NCBI GenBank assembly: GCA_002317135.1
Contig: DCIX01000010.1
Location: 1,637-65,636 of the forward strand
Reading direction: 5' to 3'
DNA length: 64,000 nucleotides
Origin: Bacteroidales bacterium UBA1715
GTDB lineage: Bacteria > Bacteroidota > Bacteroidia > Bacteroidales > UBA1715
This document shows positions 50,199 through 57,932 of the stretch, in pieces (the stretch's first letter is position 1; every line of letters starts with the position of its first letter). Position numbers and translations under genes: made by a program. Under the pieces are notes generated by a model, which worked only from the letters and a program-made list of their open reading frames with translations, was not told the origin of the DNA and made no database searches.

Positions 50199-51368
50199 TT
50201 ATTTTACGATTTTAGCTGTACCTTCAGCAGTTGCTACGAAGTAAACACCAGCTTCCAAAGAAGCGATAGAGAATTCTTGAGAAGCAGTTGCTACAACTTG
50301 ACCAGCTACGTTGTAAACTACGATTTGACCAGCTGAGTAAACAACACCGTTTTCAATTGCTACAGCAGAAACTTCTTCTACAGCAGTTGGTTCAGCATAT
50401 TTAGGAGCATCTGTTACATCAACAACAATTTTTGCGTTTTCGAAGATTACATATACACCTGATTTTGGAGATTGTGCTAAGAAGATATCTTTGAATGCAG
50501 GTGCTTTAGATGGATCATCAGTTAATTCCATTGAGAAGTTTACTGATACATTGTCGTTTTCTTTGATGTTAGCTTTGAATGTAGTCATTTCGCAAAGTGG
50601 TTTGTACCAACCAGCTACTTCTGAGCCATCGATCAATGTGAACATTACTTGAGAAACTTCGTTCAATGCTTTACCTGTGAAAGAAACGTTTACGAATTGA
50701 CCTTTTTTTGCAGCAGCAACAGCGCTGTTAGTAGATGATTGGAATTTGTAACCATCTTCAGCATTGTCAGCAGCACCTTGGTAAGTTAAGAAAAGACCTT
50801 CAACATCAAGAGCAGCTTGGTAGTTAACTTCCAAGTTGCAGTTAGAGATTGTACGAACTGGAGCTTGATCTGATTCTTTGTATGTAGTACCAGTCATTTC
50901 AGCAGCGATTACAAGGTTAGCAACTGTTAAGTCATTACCGAAAGAAGCTTTGTCAGGATCTGTTTGAGTTGTGTTAGTGATTGACAATACTGCAGTGTAT
51001 TCGAATGCTACGTCTTTAGTAACTTCAATTGTTACCATTTCTGACCATGCACCCCAGTAGTTTAATGCTTCAGTTTCGTCGATCAAAGCTAATTGGAATT
51101 TACCAGTGTAGTCAGGAGTACCTGATACTGTTACCATGAAAACTTCACCTTTAGCTGGAGTCCAACCTGTTTCTTCAGTTGCATCGAAAACTGCTTGATC
51201 CAAAATCTTAGCAGCACCACCTTGGTATTGTACTGATTCACCGTTAGCATCCTTAGTACCCCAGCTGTTGTAAGGAATTGTAAGTGTGTTGTCAGAGTAG
51301 TCCCATTCACCTGCAAATGAAGCAACACCCATCAATGCAGATGTTAATAGTAAAAATACTTTTTTCAT
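50199..51368 (-). CDS. Secreted protein with two tandem homologous ~130-aa domains and a T9SS type A C-terminal sorting domain
   Basis: Signal peptide MKKVFLLLTSALMGVASFA. C-terminal ...IVVYNVAGQVVATASQEFSIASLEAGVYFVATAEGTAKIVK fits the Por/T9SS CTD pattern. Internal repeat YQGGA...KGEVFMVTVSG... versus YQGAA...KGQFVNVSFTG.... Confidence 0.8.
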   Translation of the reverse strand: MKKVFLLLTSALMGVASFAGEWDYSDNTLTIPYNSWGTKDANGESVQYQGGAAKILDQAVFDATEETGWTPAKGEVFMVTVSGTPDYTGKFQLALIDETEALNYWGAWSEMVTIEVTKDVAFEYTAVLSITNTTQTDPDKASFGNDLTVANLVIAAEMTGTTYKESDQAPVRTISNCNLEVNYQAALDVEGLFLTYQGAADNAEDGYKFQSSTNSAVAAAKKGQFVNVSFTGKALNEVSQVMFTLIDGSEVAGWYKPLCEMTTFKANIKENDNVSVNFSMELTDDPSKAPAFKDIFLAQSPKSGVYVIFENAKIVVDVTDAPKYAEPTAVEEVSAVAIENGVVYSAGQIVVYNVAGQVVATASQEFSIASLEAGVYFVATAEGTAKIVK

Positions 51369-51409
51369 AATTTTTTGTTTTTAATTAATACAATAAATTT
51401 TTAACAAGG

Positions 51410-51417
51410 CAAATATA
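51410..51417 (-). promoter_or_regulatory. Candidate -7 box TATATTTG (minus strand) for the T9SS cargo gene
   Basis: Matches TAnnTTTG. A TTG lies about 20 nt further upstream, as expected for a -33 element. It is ~41 nt upstream of the ATG. Confidence 0.5.
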
Positions 51418-51479
51418 ATGTTTTTTAAATATGTTGGCAATATAAAATATATTTTTTTGTAGAGATATGTTTATCCATT

Positions 51480-51507
51480 GTAGAGAGGCGATTAATCGCG
51501 TCTTTAC
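51480..51507. repeat. GTAGAGA(G/C)GCGATTAATCGCGTCTTTAC palindromic element, copy 1
   Basis: Read directly. It lies 37 nt downstream of the Na/Pi cotransporter stop. Core palindrome GCGATTAATCGC. Confidence 0.8.
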
Positions 51508-51543
51508 CTGTGCGTGTATTGTGTTTTTGTTATGTGGACGTTG

Positions 51544-53295
51544 TTAAATTTTAGGGGCAGCAACGGTTTCTTGCGAGGTCACAATTGCTTGCGAAACATT
51601 TATAACAAAGTCACCGATTTTTTCGTAGATAGCATATAAACTACTATATAATGTACCAACTTCGTAGGTGTATTCTCCCGATTTGATTGCTTCCAAATGG
51701 GCGTCGCGGAGTAAGTTGCGGAATTCATTAATGTCTTCTTCTGCTTGATATGCCGAAGTTATGTCCACATCCTCGTAATTCTTCGAAAGGTTTGCATCCA
51801 TAATAATTAATGCATGGCGTACACAGTCATACATCTTAAATAAATGTCCGTCGTTGTTCGCACCAAAGTTCATGTCTTGCTCGCGTTGTGCTTTCTTGGT
51901 AATGGAAATATGATAGATACTGTCGCCAATGCTTTCAAGATTATCGATAATTCTCAACATTGCACTAATCTTCTTTGAACCTTCTTTACTACCAACGGCT
52001 TCGGAAATATGGGTAAGGAATTTTGCGATTTCAATCTCAAGTTTGTCGGTAATGTCTTCATCTTTAGAAATTTTCGCCATAATTGCATCGAAATCCTCGT
52101 TGGATTTAGCGTTGGTAAGTTTTGGAAGCAAGTCAAACATATTTACCACACGCGAAGAAAATAGGCGAATTTCTTGTTGTGCACTTTCAATGTCAAGTTC
52201 CGAAGTATTAACAAAGTGACTTGGAATATATTTTAATTTGAATACTTCCTCGCCTTCGGTTTCTGGTGTTTTCACCATCCAGTTTACAATGCGAATAATT
52301 TGTGGAATGAACCATGCTAAAATCATAGTATTCACCACATTAAAGAATGTGTGGAATATAGAAAGAGCCATTGGGATTGCCGTCGGTTCGTAGCCTTCTT
52401 GTCCAGGAAGTATGTATGGGTCGGCACCCATAACGGCAATAGTTATTTTGGCAATTAGTCGGAGTAACGGATAAAATACTATAAGCGTAATCACTACGCC
52501 AAGCACATTGAATACAAGGTGGGCGCGTGCTGCTTTTTTCGCCATTGTGTTGGCAACCATTGCGGCTATATTTGCAGTAATAGTTGTTCCGATATTTTGT
52601 CCCATAACCAATGCTACGGCAACGTCAAATCCTATCCAACCTTTGTAACACATTACCAATGTAATGGCCATCATTGCGGCACTGGCTTGTACAACACAAG
52701 TCAAAATTGCTCCCACACAAATAAAAAGAAGGATAGAAAGGTAACCATAATCAGAAAGACGGCCTAATGTCTCAAGAAAACGAGGATATTGCGACAAGTC
52801 TGGCATAGCTTCTTGCAAGAAATGCATACCCATAAGTAACAATGCAAGTCCTATTATGAATTCATGAATAGATTTCAGTTTGTCTTTTTTCATAAACATA
52901 AATGGAAGGGCAATGGCAATTGCGACTAGTGGGAATGTGAACGCATTGCTTGATTCGCTCAATCCAAATAATGAAATAATCCATGCAGTGACTGTGGTAC
53001 CAATGTTCGCTCCCATAATAACTGCAATGGCACCTGCAAGCGAAAGTAGTCCGGCGTTTACGAAACTCACCACCATAACTGTTGTTGCCGAAGATGATTG
53101 GATAGCTGTTGTAACGATAGTTCCAGTAAGAATTCCGCGGACAGGTTTATCTGTCATTTTTGCAAGAATAGTACGCATTTTGTTACCGGCAATTTTCTGC
53201 AAACTGTCGCTCATGAGCTTCATGCCGTACAAAAATACTCCTAATGCACCCGCTGCGACTGCTATCATTATTACAATGTTTATGAATGATTCCAT
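51544..53295 (-). CDS. Na+/phosphate cotransporter family protein with a C-terminal PhoU-like domain
   Basis: 583 aa. Multi-TM N-terminal half with repeated QSSSATT / GxNIGTT motifs (AIQSSSATTVM, GANIGTTVTA, GQNIGTTITA) and a soluble helical C-terminal half. Confidence 0.85.
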   Translation of the reverse strand: MESFINIVIMIAVAAGALGVFLYGMKLMSDSLQKIAGNKMRTILAKMTDKPVRGILTGTIVTTAIQSSSATTVMVVSFVNAGLLSLAGAIAVIMGANIGTTVTAWIISLFGLSESSNAFTFPLVAIAIALPFMFMKKDKLKSIHEFIIGLALLLMGMHFLQEAMPDLSQYPRFLETLGRLSDYGYLSILLFICVGAILTCVVQASAAMMAITLVMCYKGWIGFDVAVALVMGQNIGTTITANIAAMVANTMAKKAARAHLVFNVLGVVITLIVFYPLLRLIAKITIAVMGADPYILPGQEGYEPTAIPMALSIFHTFFNVVNTMILAWFIPQIIRIVNWMVKTPETEGEEVFKLKYIPSHFVNTSELDIESAQQEIRLFSSRVVNMFDLLPKLTNAKSNEDFDAIMAKISKDEDITDKLEIEIAKFLTHISEAVGSKEGSKKISAMLRIIDNLESIGDSIYHISITKKAQREQDMNFGANNDGHLFKMYDCVRHALIIMDANLSKNYEDVDITSAYQAEEDINEFRNLLRDAHLEAIKSGEYTYEVGTLYSSLYAIYEKIGDFVINVSQAIVTSQETVAAPKI

Positions 53296-53342
53296 GTTTT
53301 ATCTAATTTTTCGATGTAAAAATAGAACGCTATTGTTATGTG

Positions 53343-53371
53343 AATGTTAATCAATGTTAAATTAATGTTAA
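53343..53371. repeat. Three phased copies of AATGTTAA (10- and 11-bp spacing)
   Basis: Copies at 53343-50, 53353-60 and 53364-71, read directly. They lie 48-76 nt upstream of the Na/Pi cotransporter ATG. Confidence 0.8.
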
Positions 53372-53372
53372 A

Positions 53373-53470
53373 TTAATTGATAATTGAGAATGGACAATTG
53401 ACAATTATTTTTGAATGATTAATGTTCAATGATATGATTAATATTGTAGGAGCAGGGCTCTGCTCTGCCC
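53373..53470 (-). repeat. Composite intergenic element, copy C: heptamers TTAATTG ATAATTG AGAATGG ACAATTG ACAATTA, then AATGATTAATGTTCAATG..., then hairpin GAGCAG-GGCT-CTGCTC
   Basis: Read directly. The heptamer array is near-identical to copy B, including the irregular third unit. Confidence 0.85.
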
Positions 53471-53514
53471 AAAATAAAACGCATATCCAAAATAAATATC
53501 GTTTTATTGGAATT

Positions 53515-53542
53515 GTTGATACGTACGGCCGTATGTATCAAC
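53515..53542. repeat. 28-bp near-perfect palindrome GTTGATACGTACGGCCGTATGTATCAAC
   Basis: Read directly. There is one mismatched pair, and the core TACGGCCGTA is a perfect palindrome. Confidence 0.75.
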
Positions 53543-53568
53543 AAAAAGGGCGGAGAAAATCCCCGCCC
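53543..53568 (-). terminator. Rho-independent terminator of the rubrerythrin operon
   Basis: GGGCGG-AGAAAATCC-CCGCCC hairpin preceded on the plus strand by A5, which is a T-run after the hairpin on the minus strand. It lies ~24 nt downstream of the stop at 53592. Confidence 0.75.
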
Positions 53569-53591
53569 CTTACAACACAATTGTCGTTATG

Positions 53592-54140
53592 TTATTTTTT
53601 GAAATAACGGTTGAATAGACCTTCGAAACCTTTTCCGTGACGTGCTTCGTCTTTTGCCATTTCGTGAACAGTGTCGTGAATAGCGTCAAGATCAAGGGCT
53701 TTTGCATTTTTAGCAATACGCATTTTGTCTTCGCAAGCACCAGATTCAGCCAACATACGTTTTTCAAGGTTAGTTTTAGTGTCCCATACAACGTCGCCAA
53801 GTAATTCAGCGAATTTTGCAGCATGTTCTGCTTCTTCTAATGCATAACGTTTGAATGCTTCAGCGATTTCTGGGTAACCTTCGCGGTCAGCTTGACGGCT
53901 CATAGCCAAATACATACCAACTTCTGAACATTCACCCATAAAGTGAGCATTCAAGTCTTTTTTCATTTCTTCGCTACAATTTTTTGCTACACCAATAACA
54001 TGTTCAGTAACGAATGTTAGAGCTGCAGATGCATCAGCAACTTTCCATTCTACGATTTGTTTACATTGTGGGCAACGCTCTGGAGCCTCAGTACCTTCGT
54101 GTACGAAACCACATATAGGGCAAATAAATTTCTTTGACAT
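53592..54140 (-). CDS. Reverse rubrerythrin (N-terminal rubredoxin-like CxxC...CxxC plus C-terminal ferritin-like diiron domain)
   Basis: [16 protein letters not shown]...CPQCK, followed by diiron ExxH motifs ([19 protein letters not shown]). Confidence 0.85.
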   Translation of the reverse strand: MSKKFICPICGFVHEGTEAPERCPQCKQIVEWKVADASAALTFVTEHVIGVAKNCSEEMKKDLNAHFMGECSEVGMYLAMSRQADREGYPEIAEAFKRYALEEAEHAAKFAELLGDVVWDTKTNLEKRMLAESGACEDKMRIAKNAKALDLDAIHDTVHEMAKDEARHGKGFEGLFNRYFKK

Positions 54141-54197
54141 TATGTTTATTATTAAGTTAAACCTCTATCCTTTTGTCCTTAGACTTTAGTCTTTAGA

Positions 54198-54737
54198 CTA
54201 ATAATTCTCTGCTTTTACTTGGAAGTAAGCTTGTGGGTGGTCGCAAACTGGGCATTTTTCAGGAGCTTGTTTACCAATAACAATATGACCGCAGTTTGAA
54301 CATTGCCAAATCATGTCGTTATCTTTTGAGAATACAAGACCACCTTCGATGTTTGCTAACAATTTACGGTAGCGTTCTTCGTGCTCTTTTTCGATTTTGC
54401 CAACTGATTCAAATAAGAATGCAATATGATCGAAACCTTCTTCTTTTGCTTCTTTTGCGAATTGAGCATACATATCAGTCCATTCGTAGTTTTCACCATC
54501 GGCAGCATCTTTCAAATTTGCGATAGTGTCAGGCACTGAACCATTATGTAATAATTTGAACCAAATTTTAGCATGTTCTTTTTCGTTTGCTGCAGTTTCT
54601 TCGAAAATGTTAGCAATTTGAACATAGCCATCTTTTTTTGCTTTTGATGCGTAATAAGTATATTTATTACGAGCTTGAGATTCACCTGCAAACGCTGTTT
54701 GTAGGTTTTTTTCTGTTTTAGAACCTTTTAATTCCAT
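54198..54737 (-). CDS. rbr: Rubrerythrin (canonical order: diiron domain then rubredoxin-like domain)
   Basis: [10 protein letters not shown] and IEKEHEERY diiron motifs, and a C-terminal WQCSNCGH...CPVCDHP. Confidence 0.92.
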   Translation of the reverse strand: MELKGSKTEKNLQTAFAGESQARNKYTYYASKAKKDGYVQIANIFEETAANEKEHAKIWFKLLHNGSVPDTIANLKDAADGENYEWTDMYAQFAKEAKEEGFDHIAFLFESVGKIEKEHEERYRKLLANIEGGLVFSKDNDMIWQCSNCGHIVIGKQAPEKCPVCDHPQAYFQVKAENY

Positions 54738-54746
54738 AATGTTAGT

Positions 54747-55166
54747 TTATTTTGTTAAACAATCTTTACAAGTACCAGTATAATACACTTCCGTGTTGCT
54801 CACTGTAAATCCTTCTGGAACAGCTGCTTGCGGAATTTCGAAATTCTGATCAATATCGAAAACTTTACGACATTTCGTACACAAAAAGTGTGCGTGAACA
54901 TGAGTGTATCCATCATAATGAATCACTTTGCCGTCAATCGAAATTGCTTTGATTAAACCTTTCTCGCAGAATTGCTCCAAGGTGTTGTACACCGTTGTCA
55001 GTGACAATGTTGGAATTTGTTCAGAAAGCTGGTTGTATATTTCATCAATAGATGGATGCGTGCGATGTTCCAAAAGATAACGCAAAATCGCCATGCGTTG
55101 AACAGAAGGGCGTATGCCTTTCTCTTCTAATTTGTTAACCACTGTCTCTTTTGTTATTACTTCCAT
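54747..55166 (-). CDS. perR: Fur-family peroxide-responsive repressor (PerR-like)
   Basis: 139 aa with a winged-helix N-terminus, HYDGYTHVHAHF metal site, and two CxxC pairs (CTKC, CKDC). It sits immediately upstream of the rubrerythrin genes. Confidence 0.8.
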   Translation of the reverse strand: MEVITKETVVNKLEEKGIRPSVQRMAILRYLLEHRTHPSIDEIYNQLSEQIPTLSLTTVYNTLEQFCEKGLIKAISIDGKVIHYDGYTHVHAHFLCTKCRKVFDIDQNFEIPQAAVPEGFTVSNTEVYYTGTCKDCLTK

Positions 55167-55187
55167 GTTTTGAAGTTTTTTGCAAAT

Positions 55188-55202
55188 TTGTAAAAATTAC
55201 AA
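55188..55202. promoter_or_regulatory. Inverted repeat TTGTAA-AAA-TTACAA, candidate Fur/PerR-type operator
   Basis: Read directly. It lies 22 nt upstream of the perR ATG and is AT-rich with a 6-3-6 dyad. Confidence 0.35.
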
Positions 55203-55450
55203 TTTATATCCAAATATTTTCTTTTTTTTTATTGAAACTGTTGTAAAAATGTTTTTGTTGTATTGACAAAATAGAGATTTCTTATTGAAAAATCAAATAA
55301 TGTCAATTAGTTAGATTTTGTAAAAAAGAAACTTTAGATGTTCAAAAGTAACTTTTTTCTGTCATGTAAAAATGCAAAAGCAAAAAAATATCTGCCACTT
55401 GCTAAATATTTTCTACCTTTGACACAATTAAAAAATCTAATAAAAGTAAT

Positions 55451-57040
55451 ATGAGAAAATCTATTCTTAGTATGATGGCAATTGCATTCATGGGAATTAC
55501 CTGTATGAGTTGCAAAGAAAAGGAAGAAGAAATTTCTTCGTTGACTTGTTCTGATGAAACTGTTATGTTGCAAGGTGGTGAAACTGCGTCGTTAACGGTT
55601 GAAGCACTTCCAAAAGGAGCGAAAAATCTTGATTATTATTGGGAAATTGCCAATACCGATATCGTTTCTATCGATGGCGATGTGGTAACTGCAAAATCGT
55701 TTGGTGAAACATGGATTTATGTGGTAAGTTCTGCTAAACCAGATATTAAAGATTCTGTGAAAGTGATAGTTTCTGCCGATGCAACATCAAAAATAGAATG
55801 CTCTCCAAAAACAATCCGATTGTTTGCTGGCGAAACAAGCGAAGTTTCTGCTACTGTAATAAATACGTATGATACGAATTATGATTGGCAAATTTCTGAT
55901 TTGACAGTTGCAAAAATCGAAGGTAATACAATTACTGCTAACAAAATTGGAACTACTTGGTTATATGCAATTAATTCAAGTATTCCTTCAATTAAAGATT
56001 CAATAAAAATTACTGTTATGCCAAACCAAAAATCTGTTTCGTTTACTGACGAGAACATCGCATACGAAGGACGTTTCAACTTCACTTCGAGCGAAGCACA
56101 ATATTTCTATCCAGGAAGTACAATCACAACAACATTTACTGGTACTTCTGTCTATGCACGATTCAATAAAGTGGAAGCGTATTATTGGATAGAAATTGAT
56201 GACATTGAACCATTCAAAATTGGTACAAAATCAAATAAAAATTTGGTTAAAAACGATATATACAGATTGGCTGAAGACCTTGCCGAAGGCACTCACACTC
56301 TTCGCATAACTCTTTGTTCAGAAGGAATTTACAAAAATCCTAAGTTCTACGGACTTGTAATTGACGAAAACGCTTCGTTGGCAAAACCTGCTGCAAAACC
56401 TGTTAAATTTGAGTTCATCGGAAATTCAATCACTTGTGGCTACGGAACAGAAGTAACTGACCGTTCTGCATTTAAGGATTCAACATCGAATTTCTGTCAT
56501 GGTTTCGCATATTTAACAACAAAAGAATTCAATGCAGAATTGATGGTTGTTGCTCGCTCGGGAATTGGAATCTATCGTAACTATGGCAATGCAGAAAAGG
56601 CCGATGGTTATGGATCTATGCCTGATAACTACGAAAAATTATGGTTGCAAAGTTCAATTAACTGGGATTTTACAAAATATACTCCTGATGTACTTTTCAT
56701 AAATTTAGGTACTAACGATACTTGGGAAATGAAAAGCTTTAATGCCGAAACGTATGAAACTTGCTACAGAGGTCTTATGGATAAAATCTACTCTCACTAT
56801 CCAAATGTAAAAATCGTTCTTCTTACAGGAAGTATGATGGACGCAACTGCTTTGAAGGCAGTGAAGCCAATTTTGAATAAGATTCAAGAAGATTATAGTA
56901 CCGATGAACATCCTATTTATCGTTACGATTTTGCACAAACTGCAGGAACTGGTGCTGATTGGCATCCATGTGCAGCACAACAAGCAACTATGGGTAAAAA
57001 TCTTATTAAATTCTTGAAAGACAATAATATAGTTGAATAA
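55451..57040 (+). CDS. Lipoprotein with two Big_2-like Ig domains and a C-terminal SGNH/GDSL (CE2-like) esterase domain
   Basis: Lipobox ITCMSC. There are two ~90-aa repeats (...VVTAKSFGETWIYVVSS...IKDSVKV...; ...TITANKIGTTWLYAINS...IKDSIKI...). FIGNSITCGYG is the SGNH block I Ser, and the C-terminal GADWHP supplies the catalytic His. Confidence 0.75.
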   Translation: MRKSILSMMAIAFMGITCMSCKEKEEEISSLTCSDETVMLQGGETASLTVEALPKGAKNLDYYWEIANTDIVSIDGDVVTAKSFGETWIYVVSSAKPDIKDSVKVIVSADATSKIECSPKTIRLFAGETSEVSATVINTYDTNYDWQISDLTVAKIEGNTITANKIGTTWLYAINSSIPSIKDSIKITVMPNQKSVSFTDENIAYEGRFNFTSSEAQYFYPGSTITTTFTGTSVYARFNKVEAYYWIEIDDIEPFKIGTKSNKNLVKNDIYRLAEDLAEGTHTLRITLCSEGIYKNPKFYGLVIDENASLAKPAAKPVKFEFIGNSITCGYGTEVTDRSAFKDSTSNFCHGFAYLTTKEFNAELMVVARSGIGIYRNYGNAEKADGYGSMPDNYEKLWLQSSINWDFTKYTPDVLFINLGTNDTWEMKSFNAETYETCYRGLMDKIYSHYPNVKIVLLTGSMMDATALKAVKPILNKIQEDYSTDEHPIYRYDFAQTAGTGADWHPCAAQQATMGKNLIKFLKDNNIVE

Positions 57041-57061
57041 TTACAGGAATGTTACAATAAC

Positions 57062-57089
57062 GTAGAGACGCGATTAATCGCGTCTTTAC
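57062..57089. repeat. GTAGAGACGCGATTAATCGCGTCTTTAC palindromic element, copy 2
   Basis: Read directly. A 20-bp perfect palindrome lies at 57066-57085. The element is 22 nt after the esterase stop and 18 nt before the pyrF ATG. Confidence 0.85.
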
Positions 57090-57106
57090 ACATAAAAAAC
57101 ACGAAA

Positions 57107-57931
57107 ATGAATAGACAAGAACTTATTTCAGAAATAAAGAAAAAACAAAGTTTCTTATGTGTTGGTCTTGATACAGACATAAACAAAATTCCAGCACACC
57201 TTCAATCTGCAGATGATCCAATTTTTGCTTTCAATAAGCAAATTATTGACGCAACTGCACCATATACAGTGGCGTATAAACCAAATATTGCATTCTATGA
57301 ATGTTATGGTATCGCTGGCTGGAAAAGTTTGGAGAAGACAGTGAACTACATAAAAAGCAACTATCCTGAAATTTTCCTAATTGCCGATGCAAAACGTGGT
57401 GATATTGGTAATACTTCAAAAATGTATGCACAAGCATTTCTTGAAAACCTTCCATTTGACTCTGTAACAATTGCTCCATATATGGGCGAAGATTCTGTAA
57501 CTCCATTTTTGTCTTACCAAGGTAAATGGGCAATTCTTCTTGCATTAACTTCAAATAAAGGAGCATTTGATTTCCAATTTAAAGAAAGCGATGGAAAATG
57601 CTTGTATGAATCGGTACTTGAAACTTCGCAAAAATGGGGCAACGACGAAAATATGATGTATGTTGTTGGTGCTACAAAGGCAGAAATGCTTGGCAATGTT
57701 CGTGCTATTGCACCAAACCACTTCTTGCTTGTTCCAGGTGTTGGTGCACAAGGTGGTAGTTTAGAGGCAGTTGCACAATTCGGCATGAATAAGGATTGTG
57801 GTTTGTTAGTAAACTCATCTCGTGGAATTATTTATGCCGACAATACCGAAAACTTTGCTAAGGTTGCAGGCAAAAAAGCTAAAGAACTACAGGTTCAAAT
57901 GGCAGATTTAATGAATCAATATATGAAGTAA
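57107..57931 (+). CDS. pyrF: Orotidine 5'-phosphate decarboxylase (type 2)
   Basis: 274 aa with the [10 protein letters not shown] motif. Confidence 0.92.
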   Translation: MNRQELISEIKKKQSFLCVGLDTDINKIPAHLQSADDPIFAFNKQIIDATAPYTVAYKPNIAFYECYGIAGWKSLEKTVNYIKSNYPEIFLIADAKRGDIGNTSKMYAQAFLENLPFDSVTIAPYMGEDSVTPFLSYQGKWAILLALTSNKGAFDFQFKESDGKCLYESVLETSQKWGNDENMMYVVGATKAEMLGNVRAIAPNHFLLVPGVGAQGGSLEAVAQFGMNKDCGLLVNSSRGIIYADNTENFAKVAGKKAKELQVQMADLMNQYMK

Positions 57932-57932
57932 C

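Noticed and set aside
54179-54201. Three-arm AGACT / AGTCT / AGACT motif between rbr and reverse rbr that could form alternative hairpins.
   Set aside because: The stems are only 4-5 bp with 2-4 nt loops in AT-rich context, which is too weak to argue for function. It is noted only as an intercistronic curiosity.
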